The translations under genes were made by a program, and so were the position numbers. A stretch of DNA of 64,000 bases from Raja brachyura (lineage: Eukaryota). Below, piece after piece: positions 47,901-60,199 of the stretch (its first letter is position 1; the number at the start of each line of letters is the position of its first letter). Below the pieces are notes generated by a model that worked only from the letters and a program-made list of their open reading frames with translations, was not told the origin of the DNA and made no database searches. The stretch lies in the NCBI GenBank assembly GCA_963514005.1, contig OY740794.1, positions 15,438,001 through 15,502,000 on the forward strand, read 5' to 3'.

Positions 47901-49770
47901 AAAGTTACTTTTCCTTAAGTTCAGAACCATTGTTTCTGAATTAACAATGTCACTCTCCATCCTAATGAAGAACTCGACCATATTATGGTCACTCTTGCCC
48001 AAGGGGGCACGCACAATAAGACTGCTAACTAATCCTTCCTCACTACTCAATACCCAGTCTAAAATAGCCTGCTCTCTTGTTGGTTCCTCTACATGTTGAT
48101 TTAGATAACTATCCCGCATACTTTCCAAAAAATCCTCTTCCTCAGCTCCTCTGCCAATTTGATTCACCCAATCTATATGTAGATTGAAGTCACCCATTAT
48201 AACTGTTTTGCCTTTGTCGCACGCATTTCTAATTTCCTGTTTGATACCATCCCCAACTTCACTACTACTGTTAGGTGGCCTGTACACAACTCCCACTAGC
48301 GTTTTCTGCCCCTTAGTGTTTCGCAGCTCTACCCATACCGATTCCACATGTTTCAAGCTAATGTCCTTCCTTTCCATTGCGTTAATCTCCTCTCTAACCA
48401 GCAGCGCTACCCCACCACCTCTTCCTTTCTCTCTATCCCTCCTGAATATTGAATATCCCTGGATGTTCAGCTCCCAGCCTTGGTCATCCTGGAGCCATGT
48501 CTCCGTGATCCCAACTATATCATACTCATTAATAGCTATCTGCACGTTCAACTCATCCACCTTATTACGAAAACTCCTTGCATTGAGACACAAAGCCTTC
48601 AGGCTTGTTTTTACAACGCTCTTACCCCTTATACAATTTTGTTGAGAAGTGGCTAGGAGATTAGTGGGCAAAATTAGGACACATGGTATTGGGGGTGGAG
48701 TGCTGACATGGATAGAAAATTGGTTGGCAGACAGGAAACAGAGAGTGGGGATTAATGGGTCCCTTTCAGAATGCCAGGCAGTGACTAGTGTGGTACCGCA
48801 AGGCTCGGTGCTGGGACCGCAGCTATTTATAATATATATCAATGGTTTGGATGAAGGGATTCAAAGTAACATTAGCAAATTTGCAGATGACACAAAGCTG
48901 AGTGGCAGTGTGAACTGTGAGGAGGATGCTATGAGAATGCAGGGTGACTTGGACAGGTTGGGGGAGTGGCGGACGCATGGCAGATGACTTTTAATGTGGA
49001 GAAATGTGAGATTATCCACTTTAGTAGCAAAAACAGGAAGGCAGATTACTATCTAAATGGCGTCAAGTTGGGAAATGGGTAAGTACTGCGGGATCTGGGG
49101 GTCCTTGTTCATCAATCTATGATAGTAAGCATGCAGGTACAACAGGCAGTGAAGAAAGCGAATGGCATGTTGGCCTTTATAACAAGAGGAGTTGAGTATA
49201 GGAGCAAAGAGGTCCTTCTGCAGTTGTACAGAGCCCTAGTTAGACCACACCTGGAGTATTGTGTGCAGTTTTGGTCCCCTAATTTGAGGAAGGACATTCT
49301 TGCTATTGAGGGGATGGCTGGACTGTCATATGCTGAGAGAATGAAGCAGCTGGGCTTGTACACTCTGTAGTTTAGAAGGATGAGAGGGGATCTTATTGAA
49401 ACATACAAGATTATTAAGGGTTAGGACACGCTGGAGGCAGGAAACATGTTCCCGATGTTGGGGGAGTCCAGAACCAGGGCCCACAGTTTAAGAATAAGGG
49501 GTAAGCCATTTAGAACGGAGACGAGGAAACACTTTTTCTCACAGAGAGTTGTGAGTGTGTGGAATTCTCTGCCTCAGAGGGCGGTGGAGGCAGGTTCTCT
49601 GGATGCTTTCAAGAGAGAACTGGATAGGGTTCTTAAAGATAGCCGAGTCAGGGGATATGGGGAAAAGGCAGGAACGGGGTACTGATTGGGGATGATTAGC
49701 CATGATCACATTGAATGGCAGTGCTGGCTCGAAGGGCCGAATGGCCTACTCCTGCACCTATTGTCTATTG
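44917..49770 (+). mobile_element. CR1 LINE (44917-45848 plus 48645-49770) split by an antisense CR1
   Basis: Left part ends ...GAGCCAGTGGATGTA (GEPVDV); right part resumes AGGAGATTAGTGGGCAAAATTAG (RRLVGKI) and ends in a (TTGTCTA)n tail. Confidence 0.88.
45849..48640 (-). mobile_element. CR1 LINE with almost complete ORF2 (APE 47397-48640, RT 45942-47363)
   Basis: CLNARS.RNK, GITETWL, VYRPP, MGDFN, SDH endonuclease motifs; RT motifs as above; small deletion at ~47385; (TTCTATGT)n tail at 45849-45866. Confidence 0.95.
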
Positions 49771-49783
49771 AAAATCAATTGAG

Positions 49784-50097
49784 TCACGGTGGCGCAGTGG
49801 TAGAGTTGCTGCCTTACAGCGAATGCAGTGCCGGAGACCCAGGTTCGATCCCGATTACAGGTGTTGTCTTTACGGAGTTTGTACGTTCACCCCGTGACCT
49901 GAGTGGGTTTTCTCTGAGATCTTCGGTTTCCTCCCACATTGCAAAGACGTACAGGTTTGTAGGTTAATTAGCTTGGTAAATGTAAAAATTGTCCCTAGTG
50001 GGTGTAGGATAGTGTTAATGTGCGGGGATCACTGGTCGGCGCGGACCCAGTGGGCCGAAGGGCCTGTTTCCGTGCTGTATTTCTAAACGAAACTTCA
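49784..50097 (+). mobile_element. V-SINE (HE1-like) with 10-nt extra segment in the tRNA head
   Basis: TGGCGCAGTGG A box, ACAGCGAATGCAGTGCCGGAGACCC, GGTTCGATCC B box, V-domain. Confidence 0.85.
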
Positions 50098-50424
50098 AAT
50101 TTTCCACCGACACTGTACCACCAAAATCTATGACAATATCTTTTATATATGTACTACAGAAATTTGTGTTAACACACCACAACAATAGGTTAATTGGCCT
50201 CTGTAAATTGCCTCTATTATGTAGGGAGTGGATGAGTAACCATAGAGCTGGTGTGAAAGAGTGATTGATGGTCAGTGTAGACTCAGTGGGGTGAAGGGCC
50301 TGTTTCAATACTGTATCTTTGAATTAATCAGTCAGGGGAAGTAAAGATTCAATGTTTTTTTTTAATAAACAAGTGAGGGTGATCTTCAGGGTTTCTTGAC
50401 TATCGAATCCCCCAAATATTACGA

Positions 50425-50685
50425 AAGGCTACTTGGGTAGTTTACACCCCCGCGGCATGAACATTGACTTCTCTAATTTCAGGTAGTCCTTGCTTTCTCC
50501 CTCCTTCCTCTCCCCCTTCCCAACTCTCCCACATAGCCTACTGTCTCCGCCTCTTCCTCTCTTTCTCCCCCCCCCCCCGCCACCAGTCTGAAGAAGGGTC
50601 TCGACCCAAAATGTCACCTACTCCTTTTCTCCATAGATGGCTGCCTCACCCGCTGAGTTTCTCCATAATTTTTTTGTCTACTTTC
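50425..50685 (+). mobile_element. Penelope-like 3' fragment with hammerhead-like core (50588-50615)
   Basis: Plus strand LGSLHPRGMNIDFSNFR* (end of GIY-YIG ORF), pyrimidine tract, then CTGAAGAAGGGTCTCGACCCAAAATGTC. Confidence 0.75.
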
Positions 50686-51209
50686 TACAATAATAAATTG
50701 GTTTGAAAATAGTTGTGGAAGCAGACACACCAGTGTTGTTTAGGAGGCTGTTAGACAGACATGTGAACATGCAGGAAGTAGAGAGATATGGATCATGTGC
50801 AGACAGTTGGAATTAGTTGTATTTGGCATCGTGGGCCCACGGGTCTGTTCCCGTGTAGTACCGTTTTATGTAAATGCTTTGCAAAATGTTATGGTCACGC
50901 AAACCACTGTACAAATGCAAATCTTTCTCCCTTCATGTGCTTCCAAACTGCTGAGTATGCAGTTCCCCCACCCTCATGAAAACAAAGATAATGTCTTCAC
51001 TCAGACCTTTAAACCTAAACTCCCAGTATTGATTAGTACAGTGGAATATCCAGATTCACAGATTAATTACAGATACTCCACTTACAATCATTTGGTGCCA
51101 TAAATAGTGTTTTCAGCAATGGCTTTTTATTTTTTTTAAAGAGTGAAAAATAAACTAGTAAAACTCGGATTAACCAAAATGAAGGGAAGCAACATGTAAT
51201 AATGTGGTG

Positions 51210-51630
51210 ATCATACCTGCCTCAACTGCCTCCTCTGGCAGCTCATTCCATTCACCCACCAACATTCATGTAAAAAAGGTTATCCCTCAGGTTCCTATTA
51301 AATCTTTCTCCTCTCACCTTAAATCTATATCCTGTGATTCTTGATTCCCCTACCTTAAGCATTTACCCGATCTATTCCTCTGATGACTTTGTACACCTCA
51401 GTAAGATCATCCCTCATCCTCCTGTGTTCCAAGGAATAGCGTCCCAGCCTGCTCAACCTCTCCCTATAGCTCAGGCCCTTGAATCCTGGCAACATCCTCA
51501 TAAATCTTCTCTGCACCCTTTCCAGCTTGACAACATCTTTCCTATAACATGGTGCCAAAACTGAATACAATACTCTAAATGTGGCCTCACCACCATTCTA
51601 TATAACTGCAATATGACCTCCGAACTTCTA
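51210..51630 (-). mobile_element. CR1 fragment (second subfamily)
   Basis: APCYRKDVVKLERVQRRFMRMLPG...ERLSRLG.YSLEHRRMR. Confidence 0.8.
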
Positions 51631-52239
51631 GTCACACTACAGACCTCCATTTTTGAATTCATCAGGGCCTCACCAATGTCCCTGGCAGCATTTTAAGTGC
51701 ACGGGCTCTTCTGCATCCAGGTATTTAATCTCTATTGAAACTATTTTAACCCTGCTGATATTTGAGAGCTGAAAGGAACTCACTAGAGGTCACGCCATAT
51801 GAGAGATCCAAATCAGTGAGTCCTTGGCTTCCATTTCCTAAGTAGATTAACGTCATTTCAAAATCACATGTGGCAGATGTGGACAACTGACATTCAGATG
51901 GAAGTTAAACCCATTAAATATGTGAATGTGTCGATCAGGAATGGACAATGGAACACCGAATGGAACAATGAGAGTGGTAAGTGCCTTGAATGTGCTGCCA
52001 GGGGTGATAGTGTAAGCAGATACAATTATGGCATTATAAGAGGCTTTTAGATATACATTTGAATATGCAGGGAAAGGAAGGATATGGATTATGGTATGAG
52101 CAAAAGGGATTGGTTTAGTTTGGCATCATGTTGGACACAAACATTGTGGGCTGAAGGGCCTGTTCCTGAGCTGTATTGTTCTAAGGACGCAGGAGCAAGC
52201 CATGAAGATTGAAAAGGTAACTGCATCTGCAACAAAAGT

Positions 52240-55200
52240 AACATGAATGTGCAGAGAGTTATTAATGAATATGATATAGTTGGGATCACGGAGACATGGC
52301 TCCAGGGTGACCAAGGCTGGGCGCTGAACATCCAGGGATATTCAATATTCAGGTGGGATAGACAGAGGGGAAAAGGAGGTGGAGTAGTGTTGCTGGTTAG
52401 AGAGGAGAGTAACACAAAATAAAGGAAGGACATTAGCTTGGAGGATGTGGAATCGATATGGGTAGAGCTGCGAAACACTAAGGGGCAGAAAACGCTAGTG
52501 GGAGTTATCTACAGGCCACCTAACAGTAGTAGTGGAGTTGGGGATGGCATCAAACAGGAAATCAGAAATGCGTGCAACAAAGGCAAAACAGTTATAATGG
52601 GTGACTTCAATCTACATATAGATTGGGTGAATCAAATTGGCAGGCGTCCTGAGGAAGATGATTTCTTGGAATGTATGCGGGATAGTTTTCTAAACCAACA
52701 TGTAGAGGAACCAACGAGGGAGCAGGCTATTCTAGACTGGGTATTGAGTAATGAGGACGGGTTAGTTAGCAGTCTTGTGTGTGGCCCCTTGGGCAAGAGT
52801 GACCATAATATGGTTGAGTTCTTCATTAGGATGGAGAGTGACATTGTTAATTCAGAAACAAGGGTTCAGAACTTAAAGAAAGATAACTTTGAGGGTATGA
52901 GATGTGAATTGGCCAAGATAGACTGGCAAGTGATTCTTAAAGGGTTGACAGTGGATATGCAATGGAAGGCATTTAAAGACTGCATGGATGAACTACAACA
53001 ATTGTTCATCCCAGTTTGGCGAAAGAATAAATCAGGGAAGGTTGTGCATCCGTGGATAACAAGGAAAATCAGGGATAGTATCAAAACAAAAGATGAAGCA
53101 TACAAATTAGCCAGAAAAAGCAGCCTACCAGAAGACTGGGAGAAATTCAGAATCCAGCAGAGTAGGACAAAGGGCTTAATTAGGAAAGGGAAAATAGATT
53201 ATGAAAGAAAACTGGCAGGGAACATAAAAACTGACTGCAAAAGTTTTTATAGATATGTGAAGAGAAAAAGATTAGTTAAAACAAATGTAGGTCCCTTGCA
53301 GTCAGAAACTGGTGAATTGATCATGGGTAGCAAGGACATGGCAGACCAATTGAACAACTACTGTGGTTCTGTCTTCACTAAGGAAGACATAAATAATCTG
53401 CTGGAAATAGCAGGGGACCAGGGGTCAAATGAGATGGAGGAACTGAGTGAAATCCAGGTGAGCCGGGAAGTGGTGTTAGGTAAATTGAATGGATTAAAGG
53501 CCGATAAATCCCCAGGGCCAGATAAGGCAGCATCCCAGAGTACTTAAGGAAGTAGCCCCAGAAATAGTGAATGCATTAGTGATAATTTTTCAAAACTCTT
53601 TAGATTCTGGAGTAGTTCCTGAGGATTGGAGGGTAGCTAATGTAACCGCACTTTTTAAAAAGGGAGGGAGAGAAAAACGGAATTGCAGACCAGTTAGTCT
53701 AACATCGGTAGTAGGAAAGTCAGTTATTAAAGATGGCATAGCGGCACATTTGGAAAGTGGTGAAATCATTGGACAAAGTCAGCATGGATTTATGAAAGGT
53801 AAATCATGTCTGACGAATCTTATAGAATTTTTCAAGGATGTAACTAGTAGAGTGGATAAGGGAGAACCAGTGGATGTGTTATATCTGGACTTTCAGAAGG
53901 CTTTCGACAAGGTCCCACATAAGAGATTAGTATGCAAACTTAAAGCACATGGTATTGGGGGTTCAGTATTGATGTGGATAGTGAACTGGCTGGCAGACAG
54001 GAAGCAAAGAGTAGGAGTAAACGGGTCCTTTTCAGAATGGCAGGCAGTGACTAGTGGGGTACCGCAAGGCTCAGTGCTGGGACCCAAGCTATTTACAATG
54101 TATATTAATGATCTGGATGAGGGAATTGAATGCAACATCTCCAAGTTTGCGGATGACACGAAGCTGGGGGGCAGTGTTAGCTGTGAGGAGGACGCTAGGA
54201 GGCTGCAAGGTGACTTGGATAGGTTGGGTGAGTGGGCAAATGCATGGCAGATGCAGTATAATGTGGATAAATGTGAGGTTATCCACTTTGGTGTCAAAAA
54301 CAGGACAGTAGACTATTATCTGAAAGATGGCGGATTAGTAAAAGGGGAGATGCAGCGAGACCTGGGTGTCATGGTACACCAGTTATAGAAAGTGGGCAGC
54401 ACAAAATGCTGGAGAAACTCAGCGGGTGCAGCAGCATCTATGGAGCGAAGGAGATTGGTAACATTTTGGGCCGAATCGCTTTTTCAGACTAATAGGGGGT
54501 GGGGGGAGGCGGGGGGAAGAAAGGAAAAAGGAGGAGGAGCCCGAGGGCTGAGGGAGAGGTGGGAAGGGGAGGAGGCAGCAAGGATGAACAGAATTAAGAG
54601 AATTCAATGTTCAAGCCAAGAGGATGCAGACTCCCCAAGCGGAATATGAGGTGCTGTTCCTCCAATATGCAGTGTTGCTCACTCTGGCCATGGAGGAGGC
54701 CCAGGATAGAGAGGTCGGATACGGAATGGGAGGGGGAATTGAAGTGCTGAGCCACCGGGAGGTCGGGTTGGTTATTGCAGACCAAGCGGAGGTTTTTGGC
54801 GAAACGATCACCAAGCCTCCGCTTGGTCTCACCGATATAGATCATCTGGCCTCTAGAGCAGCGGATGCAATAGATGAGGTTGGAGGAGGTGCAGGTGAAC
54901 GTCTGTCGGACCTGGAAGGACAGCTTCAGACCTTGAAAGGAGTGGAGGGGGGAGGTAAAGAGACAAGTGTAGCATCTCTTGCAGTTGCAAGGAAAGTGCC
55001 CGAGGAAGGGGTGGAGCGGGAGGGAAGGGAAGAATTGACAAGGGAGTTGCGGAGGGAGCGGTCTTTGCGGAAGGCAGACAGGGGGGGAGATGGGAAGATG
55101 TGGCGAGTGGTGGGGTCACGTTGGAGGTGGCGAAACTGGCGGGTACTATGTGTTGTATGTGCCGGCTGGTGAGGTGAAAGGTGAGGACCAAGGGGACTCT

Positions 55201-55972
55201 GTCCTTGTTGCGAGTGGGGGGATGGGGAGAGAGGGCAGTGTTGCAGGGTACGGAGGAGACCCTGGTGCGAGCCTCAATTGAAAGTAGGCATGCAGGTACA
55301 GCAGGCAGTGAAGAAAGCAAATGGTATGTTAGCATTCATAGCAAAAGGATTTGAGTATAAGAGCAGGGAGGTTCTACTGCAGTTGTACAGGGTCTTGGTG
55401 ATGCCACACCTGGAGTTGCATACAGTTTTGGTCTCCTAATCTGAGGAAAGACATTCTTGCCATAGAGGGAGTACAGAGAAGGTTCACCATACTGATTCCT
55501 GGGATGGCAGGACTTTCATATGAAGAAATACTGGATAGACTCGGCTTGTACTCGCTAGAATTTAGAAGATTGAGGGGGGATCTTATAGAGACTTACAAAA
55601 TTCTTAAGGTGTTGGACAGGCTAGATGCAGGAAGATTGTTCCCGATGTTGGGGAAGTCCAGAACAAGGGGTCACAGTTTAAGGATAAGGGGGAAGTCTTT
55701 TAGGACCGAGATGAGAAAATCATTTTTCACACAGAGAGTGGTGAATCTCTGGAATTTCCCTGCCACAGAAGGTAGTTGAGGCCAGTTCATTGGCTATATT
55801 TAATAGGGAGTTAGATGTGACCCTTGTGGCTAAAGGGATCGGGGGGTATGGAGAGAAGGCAGGTACAGGATACTGAGTTGGATGATCAGCCATGATCATA
55901 TTGAATGGCGGTGCAGGCTCGAAGGGCCGAATGGCCTACTCCTGCACCTATTTTCTATTTTTCTACGTTTCT
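52240..55972 (+). mobile_element. CR1 LINE ORF2 (52240-54384 plus 55277-55972) split by a Penelope-like element
   Basis: APE ORF 52438-53547 and RT ORF 53567-54388. Sequence breaks at CATGGTACACCAGT and resumes ATTGAAAGTAGGCATGCAGG. Confidence 0.93.
54385..55276 (-). mobile_element. Penelope-like element (GIY-YIG endonuclease region and terminal repeat)
   Basis: IYIGETKRRLGDRFA..L..V....PDLPVAQHFNSPSHS...LEEQHLIFRLGSLHP.GLNIEFS; upstream RVPLVLTFH linker. Confidence 0.9.
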
Positions 55973-56205
55973 AACATGCTGTCACCATGGTGCAAATATC
56001 TGGCTTCCTCATCTCAGCGCAGATTTTAATTTTTGCTTGAGAGTCACATCAGAGAACCATGTTGAAAGAGAGATGGAAATTTCAACATGGTTGCTCTTTA
56101 GCTTCCTCTACCCTCTGTTGTGCGTTGCCACCAATACGCCTGTCCTCATTTGTACCAAGATTTGATCAATTCCCACAGAGTGTAGACTTCAAAAGTAGGT
56201 CATAC

Positions 56206-56340
56206 CTGGCTGGCCGAGGGTACCGGAAAAGCCCATGGATCCTGGTCTTCCTGGAGAGCCAGGTGGTCCCGATGGTCCAGGATCTCCTTGGTATACACTT
56301 ATGTCAAACCCATCATCAAAAATACCAGGACCAGCTGGGC
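56206..56340 (-). CDS. col4a4: Collagen IV alpha-4 coding exon (135 nt, phase 1-1)
   Basis: tgtgcag|GCCCAGCT...CAGCCAG|gtatga. Encodes GPAGPGIFDDGFDISVYQGDPGPSGPPGSPGRPGSMGFSGTLGQPG (interruption, then Gly-X-Y). Confidence 0.9.
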
Positions 56341-56889
56341 CTGCACATCAATCAACAAACAAGTGTGTTTACAGGCAAGGTCATCTAAGGAGCCCAAAAT
56401 CATCAGGATTCAGAATCAGAATCACACTTTATTTGCCAAGTACGTTTTTGCAACATACGAGGAATTCAAACACAAATAAGAACAAAAATGCTTAACGATC
56501 AGAGGATTTTCAAAAAATCTAGTGAAGTTTATCATGCAACAATAGGGAGTAATGATTAGTTTTGTTTTGTGTAGTTTATTTAAGTTTAATTTGGTTTAGT
56601 TTATTATTGTCAAGGTACAGTGAAAAGGTTTTTGTTGTATGCTATCCAGTCAGTGAAAAGACTAATTACAATCAAGTCGTCCATAGTATACAGATACAGG
56701 ATGAAGGGAATAACGCTTAGTGCAAGATGAAGTCCTGTAAGGTCCAATTTAAGATAGTGCTTAATACATAAATTGAGGCTTTTGCAGATTTTTTTTTGGT
56801 GGGGGGGTGGGGGGGGGCATGACTTACTTAGGGAATTTTAAGTAGACTCCCAGTGTTGGCTGCAATGCTGTTAACCTAATCTGCGTCAG

Positions 56890-57578
56890 GTCAAATCACG
56901 TCAATTTTATTTGTATAGCACATTTAAAAACAACTCTCGCTGACCAAAGCACTTTATATTAGTGCAGGTACTAACATGCTACAAACAGTGGTACATATAG
57001 ATCAACAATACATAAATATATACATACATACAGCGCTCCCTCAAAGGACCTCAAGAAACGCTTGTGAGTAGAAATAAGTTTTAAGTCTGGACTTAAAAGA
57101 GTCGATGGAGGGGGCAGTTCTGATGAGAAGAGGGATGCTGTTCCACAGTCTAAGTGCTGCAACCGCAAAAGCACGGTCGCCCCTGAGCTTATACCTGGAC
57201 CGCGGGATGGTCAGTAACCCCAAGTCGGCCGACCTGGAGGTGGAATGGTGGGTTAGCAGATTTTTGATGTAGGTGGGGGCAAGCCCGTTAAGGGCTTTGT
57301 CGACATAAAGGAGGAGCTTGAAATTGATTCAGAACTGCACTGGGAGCTAGTGGAGAGAAGCCAAAATCGTGGTCCCTTTTTCGGATGCCCGTCAGAAGTC
57401 TCGCTGCGGCATTTTGGACCAATTGCAGGCGGGAAAGGGATGATTGGCTGATGCCAGTGTAAAGTGAGTTGCAGTAATCAAGGCGGGAGGAAATAAATGC
57501 ATGGATGATATTTTCAAATTGGAGGAATGGTTTTATTTTAGCTATCGTGCAAAGGTGGAAGCTAGCATTTACCACGGC
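56890..57578 (-). mobile_element. L2-clade LINE 3' fragment
   Basis: IIHAFISSRLDYCNSLYTGISQSSLSRLQLVQNAAARLLTG; same family as 9185-9953. Confidence 0.85.
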
Positions 57579-57579
57579 A

Positions 57580-58185
57580 TTCCTTCTGCAGTTGTACAGG
57601 GCCCTAGTGAGACCACACCTGGAGTATTGTGTGCAGTTTCGGTCCACTAATTTGAAGAAGGACATTCTTGCTATTGAGGGAATGCAGCGTAGGTTTACAG
57701 GGTTAATTCCCAGGATGCCGGGACTGTCATATGCTGAGAGAATGGAGCGGCTGGGCTTGAACACTCTGGAGTTTAGAAGGATGAAAGGATATCTTATTGA
57801 AAAATATAACATTGTTAAGGGTTTGGATATGATAGAGGCAGGAAACATGTTCCCGATGTTGGGGGAGTCCAGAACCAGGGGCCACAGTTTAAGAATAAGG
57901 GGTAAACCATTTAGAACGGAGACGAGGAAACACTTTATCTCACAGAGAGTTGTGAGTCTGTGGAATTCTCTGCCTTGGAGGGTGGTGGAGGCAGGTTCTC
58001 TGGATGCTTTCAAGAGAGAGCTAGATAGGGCTCGTAAAGATAGCGGAGTCAGGGGATATGGGGAGAAGGCAGGAACGGGGTACTGATTGGGGATGATCAG
58101 CCATGATCACATTGAATGGCGATGCTGGCTTGAAGGGCTGAATGGCCTACTCCTGCACCTATTGTCTATTGTCCTTTGTCTATTG
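57580..58185 (+). mobile_element. CR1 3' fragment abutting the L2
   Basis: LLQLYRALVRPHLEYCVQF...GYGEKAGTGY; (TTGTCTA)n-like tail. Confidence 0.88.
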
Positions 58186-59096
58186 ACATATTTGTCAAAC
58201 ATCAATGTGGGGTCAAATATCATGACAAGGCTGCCTCCTATCGGTATGATGGAGTGCGATGGGCCGAGTAGGATGACCTCAGACTTGCTCTCATCGCATT
58301 ACTGGAAATACATAGGATCAGGTGGCTCGCTCCTTTTGCTGACCCAACTGCACTTTGTTTTACACTGAAGTAGAATTAGTAGATCTGTATAAACCAGCAT
58401 TCCAGCCAACACTGGGAATTTGCTTAAATTTCCATAAATAAGTCTTGCACACTCCTCAAAGTTTGCAAAGCCACAATTAGTGTACTCAGCATCGACACTG
58501 CTGGAAATGCACGACAATAAAGAGGGAGACAGACAGTGCCTGAAATGTCAATTCTATATCTCCCACCACTGATTTTGCCAAGTATTTCCACCATTTGCTG
58601 TTTTTATTTCAGATTTCGAGCTTTCGCTCATTTTGTTCAACAAATACAGAATTGTAGAATGCATTAAAACCGGATTTCAAACCTTCCCAGACGCCACAAT
58701 GTAGGAATAACTTGTCTTAAAATGCCAATCGTGTTTTCAAATACAGTATCTGAGTGGCCTTAAGAATTCCTGCCACTGTAACCTCCTCCAGCTTCCCAAC
58801 CTTTAGATCTCTGGAACTCCTCCAATTTTGCCCTATATTCCATCATTTTAACTGCAGCACCAGTGGCCAGGTCTTCATCTATCGCGTTGACAAATTATCC
58901 AAACTTCTCTCAATTGCCTCAAGTCTTAAATAAACTCTTTTGCACTACCCTATCATACCTGGACTAATACTCACTACCTTACTCAGTCTGAACTTCCGTT
59001 TGTTTACGCTCCTGTGAGGTGCCGTGGAATTTATCTTGCTGTACCAAAAGAACAAGAAAACTGCAAGTTGGTGTATAACCACTCATGGTGGCTTAC

Positions 59097-59105
59097 CTTG
59101 ATCAC
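59097..59105 (-). CDS. col4a4: Collagen IV alpha-4 9-nt micro-exon (G-D-Q-G)
   Basis: catctcctcag|GTGATCAAG|gtaagc. Phase 1-1, adds exactly one Gly-X-Y triplet. As I recall, human COL4A4 has a 9-nt exon directly after a 108-nt exon. Confidence 0.8.
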
Positions 59106-60199
59106 CTGAGGAGATGACAACGTCCAGCACCATCAGGAAGCGCAGCATGAAAATCAAAACAAAGAAGGAATGAATGCAAACACTCTGTTGAAAACATTCA
59201 CGATTTTCACCCATCACTGGGTTAGACCAACATCTGATGTGCCAGGCCTTGTTCTCCAGGCGGGCATTGTTTGTCTTCATTTCCCAAGCTCACACAGTGA
59301 CTAGTTCTGGATACAGACAGAGATCATGCTGACCAAAGCATCTCGATCTCCATCAGCATGATCTGAGCAGCAGCAGCAGAGCCTACATTATGCTGGTAAT
59401 AGCTGGCTTTTGAAATGTAAAGACATTTGGACAGGTTCATGAATAGCAAAGGTTTAGAGGGGTATGGGCCAAACGCAGGCAGGTGGGACTAGTGTGAAGA
59501 TGGGGGATCGTGGTCAACATGGGCAAGTTGGGCCAAAAGGTATGTTTCCATGCTGTATGACTCTAAGACTTTATGTCTTAATCTGGAATAAATCACCATT
59601 GTGGCAATTTCTGGACGGTTCACTTTGATGGGAAATTTAGATGGGGCACCAGTACATCACCCTGGTAGCCATGATATTCAATGGTTCTTTGTTTTTTTTA
59701 TAGGTGACTTTAACATTGGTGCTGTATAGGACACCATCATTCCACATATAGTGCTACTGATGGTTGGCCATTCCAACAACAACATGGCCCTGATCTCAGG
59801 GTGCCAACCGTAGAGACCAGTACATAAGAGACTTATGTAGATCCTCAGGCCTCTGTGGAATCTCTGGTTGTGCTGCTTGAATAGATAACTGAGAGAGAGT
59901 TACCAATAAAACCTAACTATCGGCCTCTCCTCAAGCCTATCTCATGAAATCAGCCGCAGATTGGTGATGGTAGGAGGCTGGGGATTGGGAATGGGAAGGC
60001 TTGCAATGGTACCAATACGTAGGCTGTTTTGGAGATTGGAAAAACCTCCTCGATTTAAGACTTACAATGTGTAAAAAGTCAAACTACATGGTGCATACAG
60101 TTCTTGAAAGAATCATCATGCTTATACATTACACCCATGACATTGCCTTTCCTCCATCTGCATCTTGATACAGCGCTCCATTCCTAATATTCCCTCCTT

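Noticed and set aside
47397-48842. 481-aa ORF as a single gene
   Set aside because: Chimeric: the first ~65 aa are antisense of the host CR1 and the rest is the inserted CR1 endonuclease.
56235-56495. Plus-strand ORF with GLPGEPGGPDGPG collagen-like text
   Set aside because: Antisense shadow of the minus-strand collagen exon, which has the proper splice sites.
57288-58086. 241-aa and 193-aa ORFs
   Set aside because: Read-through across an L2/CR1 junction in opposite orientations.
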